DNA from: Octopus sinensis
Taxonomy: Eukaryota
Direction of reading: 5' to 3'
Assembly: GCF_006345805.1 (NCBI RefSeq)
Contig: NW_021834243.1
Coordinates: 1-51,452, forward strand
DNA length: 51,452 bases
Under the pieces are notes generated by a model that worked only from the letters and a program-made list of their open reading frames with translations, was not told the DNA's origin and did not search any database. The position numbers and the translations under genes are program-made. Position 1 is the stretch's first letter. Each line of letters begins with the position of its first letter. Below, piece by piece: positions 22,240 to 40,300 of the stretch.

Positions 22240-23120
22240 CGAAGCGATGGTGGTAGATGCATGCGGTCAGTCCAGCCTTTGAATGCCGCATTGCATCCCT
22301 CAGGCAACACTTGTTGAACAGTAAAGAAGGAAACGGGAATATCCCTTACATGAGGAAAAGTGAGAGCAACATCTTCAGAGATGGAGAAGAGCTACTGTGC
22401 AAGCATTCCGAGAGTACAACCATCTCAAGCGGTCCAAGGGAGGCTGGACTGGCCAATATAAACAGAAGCTTGCAGGAGAAGCAGGCATCATACCAACAAG
22501 AATCAATGCATGGATATATAAACCGGAAGCTAGAGAGCAACAATAGCATTGACAGGAAGAGCAGCCTTCGCTGGACCCTTGGTAGATACATTACGTCCCA
22601 GTGACAAAGGATATGCCTTCACTATCCAGGAACAAGAGACAGCTACTAGATTCCTGCTAAACAAAAGGGATAAAGATACCACCAAACCTCCACGTTGTGA
22701 TAAAAAATGTCGGCTCTGTTATACCAGTGTAGAAGACATCTCCCACATCCTCAGAGGATGCCCGAAAATGTCTGCGGGATTATACCTGCCCCTGAGGCGT
22801 GATATGATTGCAAAGATTATTTATACTGTTATCTGCAAGGACTGCCATGATGTATACATCAAAGGCATGTTAGAACCAGCAGTTATTCACACCTTTAAAA
22901 ACAAGGACTATCGATGAAACATCCCAATAAAAACATCAATTTGGTGCACACATAACAGACCCGATATTGTTCTGTTGTGAGACAGGGGTCAGCTGTCCAG
23001 CAGATGTGAATATGCAATCAAAAGTTCAGAAAAAAAGGGAACATTTACGGCAAATTAATGCGGAACTTACAGCCCTTGTACTTTGACTATAAATTCTTAT
23101 TTCTACCGATTATCGAAGGT
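22240..23120 (+). pseudogene. Decayed non-LTR retrotransposon ORF, RT thumb through restriction-like endonuclease (R4/Dong-like)
   Basis: GGRCMRSVQ/AFECRIASLRQHL; GYAFTIQEQETATRFL; CRLC..EDISHILRGC knuckle; LPLRRD (RHD-like); HNRPDIV; SCPADVN..NIYGKLMRNLQPLY..FLPII; several stops and frameshifts. Confidence 0.8.
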
Positions 23121-23123
23121 GTA

Positions 23124-23673
23124 CGAGGGTGAGTCAAAAAGTAATGCCATTTTGTTTAGGACAGGTATAATCACCAACACAGGAACATGTATCATACATC
23201 AAAATGAAGGTGGTCTTCTGTGGATCACATCCCTATTTCTCAACATAGTCACTGTTTCTCTCAATAGCAATGTTCCACCTTCGAATGAGAACATGTATCC
23301 CTGCCCCGTAAAATTCTGTTGACTGTTCTTTGAGCCACTTCTTCACTACAGTTTTCACTTCACCGTCACTGGACTATCATCTCTTCGGCCCCATGAAAGA
23401 GGGTTTGAGAGGAAAAACTTTATTCCAGTGACAAGGAAGTGAAAACTGTAGTGAAGAAGTGGCTCAAAGAACAGTCAACAGAATTTTATGGGGCAGGGAT
23501 ACATGTTCTCATTCGAAGGCGGAACATTGCTATGGAGAGAAACGGTGACTATGTTGAGAAGTAGGGATGTGATCCACAGAGGACCAGCTTCATTTTGATG
23601 TATGATACATGTTCCTGTGTTGGTAATTATACCTGTCCTAAACAAAATGGCATTACTTTTTGACTCACCCTCG
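23124..23673. mobile_element. 550-bp palindromic non-autonomous mariner built from two transposase 3' ends
   Basis: TIR CGAGGGTGAGTCAAAAAGTAATGCCAT; 250-bp arms 23124-23373 and 23424-23673; plus strand encodes DYHLFGPMKEGLRGK/YSSDKEVKTVVKKWLKEQSTEFYGAGIHVLIRRRNIAMERNGDYVEK*. Confidence 0.9.
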
Positions 23674-23674
23674 T

Positions 23675-23820
<146 letters not shown>

Positions 23821-24197
23821 TAGACAGACAAACAGACAGATGATATTTTGCCGAAGGGCTTTACTGTGGCCTGTCGTTATTCTCCCTTTGGTGTTATGGA
23901 CATCGACCAAATGAAATGTTTAAGCAGTTACTTCAGAAGGACAGAGCCAGGGAGATGCAGAGAGCAAGGCGGAGAGGAAGGAGGCGAGAAAGGGAAGCAT
24001 TTCGACTGCCAATATTCGATGTTTTATTTTTACTCAATCTATTTTTTGGTTTTTTGGGGGTTTTTTTTGTGAATATCATCTACCGTAATCATCATCATTA
24101 TCGTCATCATTACCACAATCGTCATCAACATTTCTGTGTCCTCCATTGCGTCTCCCCCCCCTCAATCAACTGCTCCCACCACCGACCTTCCTTGCCT

Positions 24198-24233
<36 letters not shown>

Positions 24234-24299
24234 TTTCATCGTCATCATCATCGTTTCTATTGTTATTAATATTATTAGATATTCAATTTTAGATATAGG

Positions 24300-29700
<5,401 letters not shown>

Positions 29701-29926
29701 TCTATATATGTCTAGATGTAGATATGGGTGTATATGCTACTAACAATAACAACATCATCGGAAATTATACATACAGGAATGTAATACATCCCACTTTCCA
29801 GTCAAAATGTCTGAGGCGTATATACATATAAGCATCTATATAAAGGGGGGGGGGTGTACATATTTATATGCATTCGTTCATGTTTATAATGCATATACAT
29901 ACATATGCATGTATGTATGTATGTGT

Positions 29927-30130
29927 CAAGGCGTGGCTCAGTGGCTAGAGTATACGGCTCAATGTCGTGATGACGCGTGCGTTCGATTCCTGGCGTCACG
30001 TCTGATCCTTGAGCAAAATATTTTATCTTATGTTTTTCCAGCCCCAATTAGCTGGCAACAATGATTTGTAGCTTTTATTAAAGGGCCCAGCCCTGTCGCA
30101 TTCTCTGCGACGCTTAATGTCCCTCAGAAC
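29927..30130 (+). mobile_element. Old tRNA-derived SINE with a SINE-C-related 3' part
   Basis: tggctcagtggctagag..gttcgattcc..ccttgagcaaaa..aagggcccagccctgtcgcattctctgcgacgc. Confidence 0.55.
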
Positions 30131-30269
30131 CATATTCTTCACAACCAATTTCAGCTGGTCTCTATCATGAGATTCTTGCCATTGAAGACTTTGCTACGCT
30201 TGACTGGACAGCTGGGAGACGGAGGGTGCCAGAAACGAGTTGCATGATGGGTAGGGTACGGCTAACCAG

Positions 30270-32917
30270 CCCAATTTACCAATTGATTGATTTCTTGACA
30301 ATTTGCCAATTGATTTCTTGCCAATTTACCAGTTCATTGATTTCTTGCCAATTTACCAATCGGTTTCATGCCAATTTACTAATTGATTGATTTCTTGCCT
30401 ATTTACCAATTCATTGATTTCTTCTCAATTTACCAATTAGATTCTTGCCAATTTAGCAATTGATTTCTTGCCAATATGCCAATTCATTGATTTCTTGCCA
30501 ATTTACCAATTTGTTTCTTGCCGATTTACCAAGTCATTGATTTCTACCCAATTTACCAATTGGTTTTTTCCGAATTTACTAATTGATTGAGTTCTTGCCA
30601 ATTTACCAATTCATTGATTTCTTCCCAATTTACCAATTTCTTTCTTGCCAATTTACCAATAGGTTACTTGCCAATTTACTAATTGATTGATATCTTGCCA
30701 ATTTACCAATTCATTGATTTCTTCCCAATTTACCAATTAGCTTCTTGCCAATTTACCAATTGATTTCTTGCCAATTTACATATTCATTGATAATTCCCAA
30801 TTTACCAATTTAACTTGGTAATTTACCGATTAACCAATCATTAATTTCTTCCCAATTTACCAATTTGTTTCTTGCCAATTTACCAATTCATTGATATCTT
30901 CCCAATTTCCCAATTTCTTTCATGCCGATTTACCAAGTCATTGATTTCTTCCCAATATACCAACTTGTTTCTTGACAATTTACCATTTGATTTCTTGCCG
31001 ATTTACCAAGTCATTCATTTCTTGCCAATTTACCAAGTCATTGATTTTTGCCAATTTACCAAGTCATTGATTTCTTGCCAATTTTCCAAGTCATGGATTT
31101 CTTGCCAATTTACCAAGTTATTGATTTCTTGCAAATTTACCAAGTCATTGATTTTTGCCAATTTACAAAGTCATTAATTTTTGCCACTTTACAAAGTCAT
31201 TGATTTTTGTCAATATACCAAGTTATTGATTTTTGCCAAATTAGTTTCAAGCCAATTTACTAACTTCATTGATTTTTGCCAATTTAGCAAGTCATTGATT
31301 TCTTGCCAGTCTACCAAATCATTGATTTTTGTCAATTTACCAAATCATTGATTTTTGCCAATTAACAAAGTCATTGATTTTTGCCAAATTACCAACTCAT
31401 TGATTTTTGCCAATTTACAAATTAGTTTCCTGCCAAGTTACTAATTCATTGATTCTTGCCAATTTACCAAGTCCTATATTTTTGCCAATTTACCAAGTCA
31501 TTGATTTTTGCCAATTTACCAAGTCATTGATTTCTTGCCAATTTACCAAATCATTGATTTCTTGCCAATTTACCAAGTCATTGATTTCTGCCAATATACC
31601 AATTAGTTTCCTGCCAATTTACTAATTAATTCATTCTTGCCAATTTACCGAGTCATTGATGTTTGCCAATTTACAAGTCATTGATTTATGCCAATTTACC
31701 AAATCATTGATTTCTTGCCAATTTACCAATTCATTGATTGCTTGCCAATTTACGAATTAGTTTCTGGCCAATTGACTAATACATTGATTCTTGCCAATTT
31801 ACCAACTCTTTGATTTTTGCCAATTTAAGAGTCATTGATTTCTTGCCTATTTACCAAGTCATTGATTTTTGCCAATTTACCAAGTCATTGATTTCTTGCC
31901 AATTTACCAAATCATTGATTTCTTGCCAATTTACCAAGTCATTGATTTCTGCCAATATACCAATTAGTTTCCTGCCAATTTACTAATTAATCGATTCTTG
32001 CCAATTTACCGAGTCATTGATGTTTGCCAATTTACAAGTCATTGATTTATGCCATTTACCAAATCATTGATTTCTTGCCAATTTACCAATTCATTGATTG
32101 CTTGCCAATTTACGAATTAGTTTCTGGCCAATTGACTAATACATTGATTCTTGCCAATTTACCAACTCTTTGATTTTTGCCAATTTAAGAGTTATTGATT
32201 TCTTGCCTATTTACCAAGTCATAGATTTCTTGCCAATTTACCAAGTCATTGATTTCTTGCCACTTTACCAGGTCATTGATTTCTTGCCAATTTGCCAAGT
32301 CATTAATTTTTGCCAATTTACCAAGTCATTGATTTTTGCCAATTTACCAATTAGTTTCCCGCCAATTTACTAATTAATCGATTCTTGCCAATTTACCAAC
32401 TCATTGATGTTCGCCAATTTACCAAATCATTGATTTATGCGAATTTACCAAATCATTCATTTCTTGCCAATTTACCAATTAGTTTCTTGCCAATTTACTA
32501 CTAAGTCATTGATTTTTGCCAATTTATCAAGTCATTGATTTCTTGCCAATTTACCAAGTCATTGATTTCTAGCCAATTTACCAAGTCATTGATTTTTGCC
32601 AATTTACAAAGTCATTGATTTTTGCCAAATTACCAAGTCATTGATTTCTTGCCAATTTACCAAGTCATTGATTTTTGCCAAATTACCAGTCATTGATTTC
32701 TTGCCAATTTACCAAGTCATTGATGTTTGCCAATTTACCAAGTCAATGATTTCTAGCCAATTTACCAAGTCATTCATTTTTGCCAATTTACAAAGTCATT
32801 GATTTGTTGCCAATTTAACAAGGCATTGATTTTTGCCAATTTAGCAAGGCATTGGTTTCTTGTCAATTTACCAATTTCCCAGTTGATTTCTTGTCGATTT
32901 ACCAATTCATTGATTTC
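30270..32917. repeat. Satellite A, left block (26-27-bp gccaatttaccaagtcattgatt(tc)tt plus 23-bp variants)
   Basis: Direct reading. Confidence 0.95.
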
Positions 32918-33883
32918 AGAGATCAAAGAGGGTACCGACAGAGATAAAAGACGGTGCCGACAGAGATCAAAGAGCGAGCCGACAAAGATTAAAGAGGAAT
33001 GCTGACATAGATCAAAGAGGGTACCGACAGAGAGCAAAGACGGTGCCGAAAGAGATCAAAGACGGTGCCGACAGAGATCAAAGATGGTGCCGACAGAGAT
33101 CAAGGACAGTACCGAAAGAGATCAAAGAGGTTCCCGAAAGAGATCAAAGAGGAGTGTTGACATATATCAATGTGGGTGCCGACAGAGATCAAAGAAGTTG
33201 CCGACAGGGATCAAAGTAGATGCCGACAGAGATCAAAGTAGATGCCGATAAAGATCAAAGAGTGAGCCGACAGAGATTAAAGAGCCTGCCGATAGAGATC
33301 AAAGAGCGTGCCAACAGAGATAAAAGAACGTGCAAACAGAGATCAAAGAGCATGCCGACAGAAATGAAAGGCGGTGCCGAAAGAGATCAAAGAGGGTGCC
33401 GAAAGAGATCAAAGAGGGTGCCGAAAGAGATCAAAGAGGGTGCCGAAGGAGATCAAAGAGGGTGCCGAAAGAGATCAAAGAGGGTGCCGAAAGAGATCAA
33501 AGAGGGTGCCGAAGAGATCAAAGAGGGTGCCGAAAGAGATCAAAGAGGGTGCCGAAGGAGATCAAAGAGGGTGCCGAAAGAGATCAAAGAGGGTGCCGAA
33601 AGAGATCAAAGAGGGTGCCGAAAGAGATCAAAGAGGGTGCCGAAAGAGATCAAAGAGGAGTGTTGACAGAGATCAAAGAGGGTTGTTGACAGAGTTCAAA
33701 GAGCGTGCCGACAGAGATCAAGGAGCGTGCCGACAGAGATCAAAGACGGTGCGAAAGAGATCAAAGAGGGACACGAAAGAGATCAAAGAGGGTACCGACA
33801 GAGATCAAAAAGCGTGCCGACAGAGCTCAAAGAGGAGTGCTGACATAGATTAAAGAGGATAGTCGACAGAGATCAAAGAGGGT
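32918..33883 (+). repeat. Satellite B (22 bp, gatcaaagagggtgccgacaga), forward orientation
   Basis: Direct reading. Confidence 0.95.
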
Positions 33884-33910
33884 CCTGACATTCCTGACAC
33901 TCCAGACACT
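33884..33910 (-). repeat. Three 9-bp satellite-C units, inverted, at the B orientation switch
   Basis: cctgacatt cctgacact ccagacact. Confidence 0.85.
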
Positions 33911-36900
33911 CCTCTTTAATCTCTGTCGGCTCGCTCTTTGATCTCTGTCGGCACCCTCTTTGATCTCTGTCGGCACCCTCTTTGATCTCTGTCGGCACCA
34001 TCTTTGATCTCTTTCGGCACCCTCTTTGATCTCTGTCGGCACCCTCTTTGATCTCTGTCGGCACCCTCTTCGATCTCTTTCGGCACCCTCTTTGATCTCT
34101 GTCGACACCCTCTTTGATCTCTGTCGGCACCCTCTTCGATTTATGTCGGCACCCTCTTCGATCTATGTCGGCACCCTCTTTGATCTCTGTCGGCACCCTA
34201 TTTTATATCTGTCGGCATCCTCTTTGATCTCTGTTGGCACCCTCTTTGATATCTGTCGGCACCCTCTTTGATCTTTGTCGGCACCCTCTTTGATCTATGT
34301 CGACACCCTCTTCGATCTCTGCCAACAGCCTCTTCGATCTCTGTCGGCACCCTCTTTGATCTCTGTCGGCACCCTCTTTGATCTCTGTCGACACCCTCTT
34401 CGATCTCTGTCGGCACCCTCTTTGATCTCTGTCGGTACCCTCTTTGATTTCTGTCGTCACCCTCTTTGATCTCTGTCGGCACCCTCTTTGATCTCTATCG
34501 GCACTCTCTTTAATCTCTTTCGGCTCGCTCTTTGATCTCTTTCGGCACCCTCTTTGATCTCTTTCGGCACCCTCTTTGATCTCTGTCGACACTCCTCTTT
34601 GATCTCTGTCGGCACCATCTTTGATCTCTGTCGGCTCGCTCTCTGATCTCTGTCGGCACCATCTTTGATCTCTGTCGGCTCGCTCTTTCATCTCTGTCGG
34701 TACCCTCTTTGATCTCTTTCAGCACCCTATTTGATCTCTGTCGGCACCCTCTTTGATCTCTGTCGGCACCCTCTTTGATCTCTGTCGGTACCCTCTTTGA
34801 TCTCTGTCGGCACTCTCATCAATCTCTTTCGGCACCCTCTTTGATCTCTGTCGGCACTCCTCTTTGATCTCTGTCGGCACCCTATTTGATCTCTGTCGGC
34901 ACCCTCTTTGATCTCTGTCGACACCCTCTTTGATCTCTGTCGACACCCTCTTTGATCTCTTTCGGCACGCTCTTTGATCTCTGTCGGCACTCCTCTTTAA
35001 TCTATGTCGGCTCGCTCTTTGATGTCTGGCGGTACCCTCTTTGATCTCTGTCGACACCCTCTTCAATCTCTGTCGGCACCCTCTTTGATCTCTGTCGGCA
35101 CCATCTTTGATCTCTGTCGGCACCCTCTTTGATCTCTGTCGGTACCCTCTTTGATCTCTTTCAGCACCCTATTTGATCTCTGTCGGCACCCTCTTTGATC
35201 TCTGTCGGCACTCCTCTTTGATCTCTGTCAGCACCCTATTTGATCTCTGTCGACACCCTCTTTGATCTCTGTCGACACCCTCTTTGATCTCTGTCGACAC
35301 CCTCTTTGATCTCTTTCGGCACGCTCTTTGATCTCTGTCGGCACTCCTCTTTAATCTATGTCGACTCGCTCTTTGATCTCTGGCGGTACCCTCTTTGATC
35401 TCTGTCGGCACCCTATTTGATCTCTGTCGGCACCGTCTTTGATCTCTGTCGGCACCCTCTTTGATCTCTCTCGACACTCCTCTTTAATCTCTGTCGGCTC
35501 GCTCTTTGATCTCTGTCGACACGCTATTTGATCTCTGTCGGCACCCTCTTTGATCTCTGTCGACACTCCTCTTTGATCTCTGTCGGCTCGCTCTTTGATC
35601 ACTGTCGACACTCTCATTAATCTCTTTCGGCACCCTATTTGATCTCTGTCGGCTCGCTCTTTGATCTCTGTCGGCACCCTATTTGATCTCTGTCGGCACC
35701 GTCTTTGATCTCTGTCGGCACCCTCTTTGATCTCTGTCGGCACTCCTCTTTAATCTATGTCGGCTCGCTCTTTGATCTCTGTCGGCACCCTCTTTGATCT
35801 CTGTCGGCACCCTCTTTGATCTCTGTCGGCTCGCTCTTTGATCTCTGTCGACACTCCTCTTTGATCTCTTTCGGCACCCTCTTTGATTTCTGTCGGCACC
35901 CTCTTTGATCTCTGTCGGCACCCTATTTGATCTCTGTCGGCACCTCTTTGATCTCTGTCGGCACTCCTCTTTGATCTCTGTCAGCACCCTATTTGATCTC
36001 TGTCGACACCCTCTTTGATCTCTGTCGACACCTCTTTGATCTCTGTCGACACCCTCTTTGATCTCTTTCGGCACGCTCTTTGATCTCTGTCGGCACTCCT
36101 CTTTAATCTATGTCGACTCGCTCTTTGATCTCTGGCGGTACCCTCTTTGATCTCTGTCGGCACCCTATTTGATCTCTGTCGGCACCGTCTTTGATCTCTG
36201 TCGGCACCCTCTTTGATCTCTCTCGACACTCCTCTTTAATCTCTGTCGGCTCGCTCTTTGATCTCTGTCGACACGCTATTTGATCTCTGTCGGCACCCTC
36301 TTTGATCTCTGTCGACACTCCTCTTTGATCTCTGTCGGCTCGCTCTTTGATCACTGTCGACACTCTCATTAATCTCTTTCGGCACCCTATTTGATCTCTG
36401 TCGGCTCGCTCTTTGATCTCTGTCGGCACCTCTTTGATCTCTGTCGGCACCGTCTTTGATCTCTGTCGGCACCCTCTTTGATCTCTGTCGGCACCCTCTT
36501 TGATCTCTGTCGGCTCGCTCTTTGATCTCTGTCGGCACCCTCTTTGATCTCTGTCGGCACCCTCTTTGATCTCTGTCGGCTCGCTCTTTGATCTCTGTCG
36601 ACACTCCTCTTTGATCTCTTTCGGCACCCTCTTTGATTTCTGTCGGCACCCTCTTTGATCTCTGTCGGCACCCTCTTTGATCTCTGTCGGCACTCTCATT
36701 AATCTCTTTCGGCACCCTCTTTGATCTCGCTCATTGATCTTTGGAATATCAGGAATGTCGGGAATTTCTGCAATGTCTGGAATTTCTAGAATGCCAAAAA
36801 TGTCTGGAACTCTTTGAACTCTTTCGGCACCGTCTTTGATCTCTGTCGGCACCCTCTTAGATCTCTGTCGACTTTTTGATCTATGTCGGCACCCTCTTTG

Positions 36901-37125
36901 ATTTCCGTCGGCAGGCTCTTTGACATCTTTTGCCGCCCTCTTTGATCTCTCTCGGCACCTCTTTGATCACTGTCGGCACGATCTTTGATCTCTTTTAGCA
37001 CCATCTTTGATCTCTGTCAACACCCTCTTTGATCTCTGTCGGCAGCATTTTTGATCTCTGACGACCCCCTCTTTGATCTCTGTCGCCACTCCTCTTTGAC
37101 CTCTGACGGAACGCTCTTTGATCTC
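33911..37125 (-). repeat. Satellite B, reverse orientation, interrupted by a C block at 36743-36810
   Basis: gatctctgtcggcaccctcttt repeats. Confidence 0.95.
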
Positions 37126-37347
37126 GGGAATATCAGGAATGTCGGGAATGTCTGCAATGTTTGGAATGTCAGGAATATCATGAATGTATGGAATGTCTGG
37201 AATGTCTGGAAAGTCAGGAATGTCTGGAATGTCATAAATGTTTTGAATGTCAGGGATGTAGAGAATGTCTGGAATGTCTGGTATGTAGGGGATGTCTGGA
37301 ATGTCTGGTATGTCGGGGATGTCTGGAATGTTTGGTATGTCGGGAAT
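37126..37347 (+). repeat. Satellite C (9 bp, ggaatgtct)
   Basis: Direct reading. Confidence 0.92.
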
Positions 37348-40300
37348 GCTAATTTACCACGTCATTGATTTCTTGCCAATTTACCAAGTCATTGATTTCT
37401 TGCCATTTTACCAATTCATTTATTTCTTCCCAATTTCCCAATTGATTTCTAGCCGATTTACTAATTAATAGTTTTCTTCCCAATTTACCAATTGGTTACT
37501 TGCCAATTTACTATTTGATTAATTATTGCCAATTTACCAAGTCATTGATATTTGCCAATTTACCAAGTCATTGATTTCTGCCAATTTACCAAGTCATTGA
37601 TTTCATGCCAATTTACCAAATCATTCATTTTTTCCAATTTACCAAGTCATTCATTTTTCCATTTTACCAATTAGTTTCATTGATTCTTGCCTATTTTACA
37701 AGTCATTTGTTGCCAATTTGATTTCTTGCCAATTTACCAAGTCATTGATTTTTGCCAATTTACCAAGTTATTGATTTCTTGCCAATTTACCAAGTCATTC
37801 ATTTTTGCCAATTTAGCATGTCACTGATTTTTGCCAATTTACCAAGTCATTGATTTCTCGTCACTTTACTAATTCATTGAATTCTTACCAATTTCATAAT
37901 TGATTTGTTGTAGATTTATCAATTTATTGATTTCTTTCCAATTTGCCAATTGGTTTCTTGCCAATTTACTAATTGATTAATTTTTCCATTTTACCAATTC
38001 ATTGATGTCTGCCAATTTACCAAGTCATTGATATCTTGCCAATTTACCAAGTCATTGATTTCTTGCCAATTTACCAAGTCTTTGGTTTTTGCCAATTTAC
38101 CAAATAGTTTCCTGCCAATTTACTAATTCATTGCTTCTTGCCAATTTACCAAGTCACTGATTTCTTGTCAAATTACCAAGTCATTGATTTCTTGCCAATT
38201 TACCACGTCATTGATTTTTTGCCAATTTACCAAGTCATTGAATTTTTGCCAAACTACTAAGTCATTGATTTTTGCCAATTTATCAAGTCATTGATTTTTG
38301 CCAATTTACCAAGTCATTGATTTCTTGCCAATTTACCAAGTCATTGATTTTTGCCAATTTACCAAGTCATTGATTTCTTGCCAATTTACCTATTCATTGA
38401 CTTCATCTCAATTTCCCAATTGATTTCTTGCCGAATTACCAATTCATTGTTTCTTCCCAATTTTGTTTAATTATTGCCAATTTCTAAAGTCATTGATACT
38501 TGCAACTTTACCAAGTCTCATCCTTATTGAACATGTTCCCTAACATCATTCTCTCTCTCCCACCCTCTCGCTCTCTTTCTTTCTCTCTCTCTTCCATCCC
38601 ATCTTCGGTCTCTAACTTCCCTACACATACTCTCACCTTGTCAATTTAACAAGTCATTGATTTCCGCCAAATTACCAAGTCATTGATTTTTGCTAATTTA
38701 CCAAGTCATTGATTTCATGACAATTTACCAAATCATTGATTTCTTGCAAATTTACCAATTCATATCTTGCCAATTTACCAAATCATTGATTTTTGCCAAT
38801 TTGCCAATTAGTTTCCTGCCAATTTACTAATTCATTGATTCTTACAAATTTGCCAAGTCATTGATATTTGCCAATTTACCAGGTCATTGATTTTTGCCAA
38901 TTTTACAAGTCATTTCTTGCCAATTTACCAAGTCATTGATTTCTTGCCAATTTACCAAGTCATTGATTTTTGCCAATTTACTAAGTCATTCATTTCTTGC
39001 CAATTTACCTAGTCATTGATTTTTGCCAATTTACCAAGTCATTGATTTCTTTTCAATTTTCCAATTCATTGATTTCTTCCCAATTTCGTAATTGATTTTT
39101 TGGGGGGATTTACCAATTCATTAATTTCTTCCCAATTTACCAATTGGTTTCTTTCCAATATACTAATTGATTGATTTTTGCTCTCTTTCCAATTCATTGA
39201 TGTTTGCCAATTTACGAAGTCATTGGTATCTTGCCAATTTACCAACTCATTAATTTTTGCCAATTAACCAAGTCATTAATTTTTGCCATTTTACCAATTA
39301 GTTTCCTGCCAATTCACTAATTCATTAATTCTTGCCAATTCACCAAGTCATTGATTTTTACCAATTTGCCAATTCATTGATTTTTGCCATTTTACCAAGT
39401 CCTTGTTTTCTTGCCAATATACCAAGTCATTGATTTCTTGCCAATTTACCAAGTCATATATTTTTGCCAATTTACCAAGTCATATATTTTTGCCTATTTA
39501 CCAAGTCATTGATTTTTGCCAATTTACCAAGTCATTGATTTCTTGCCAATTTTCCAAGTCATTGATTTTTGCCAATTTCCCAAGTTATTGATTTCTTGCC
39601 AATTTAGCGAGTCATTGATTTCTTCCCAATTTACCAATTGATATCTTCCCAGTTTACCAAGTAATTAATTTTGCCAATTTACCAAGTCATTGATTTTTAC
39701 AATTTATCAATTATCCTTCCAATTTATTAATTCATTGATTCTTGCCAATTTACCAAGTCATTGATATTTGCCAATTCACCAAGTCATTAATTTTTACCAA
39801 TTCACCAAGTCATTGATTTTTGCCAATTTACCAAGTCATTTATTTCTTGCCACTTTACCAAGTCATTGATTTCTTGCCAATTTACCAAGTCATATATTTT
39901 TGGCAATTTACCAAGTCATATATTTTTATCTATTTACCAATTCATTGATTTTTGCCAATTTACCAAGTCATTGATTTCTTGCCAATTTGCCAAGTCATTG
40001 ATTTTTGCCAATTTCCGAAGTTATTGATTTTTGCCAATTTACCAAGTCATTGATTTCTTGCCAATTTACCAATTCATTGATTTCTTCCCAATTTACCAAT
40101 TGATATCTTTTCAATTTACCAAGTCATTACTTTTTTGCCAATTTACCAAGTCATTGATTTTTAGCAATTTCTCAATTATTATCCTTCCAAATTATTAATT
40201 CATTGATTCTTGCCAATTTACCAAGTCATTGATTTTTGCCAATTTACCAAGTCATTGATCTTTGCCAATTAGTTTCCTGCCAATTTAATAATTCATTGAT

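Noticed and set aside
34060-34420. CENP-B box in satellite B (ttcgatctctgtcgg)
   Set aside because: Spacing and the central A / CGGG do not match TTCG-N4-A-N2-CGGG
32918-37125. CRISPR-like array
   Set aside because: Monomers are contiguous with no unique spacers, there are no cas genes, and the context is eukaryotic
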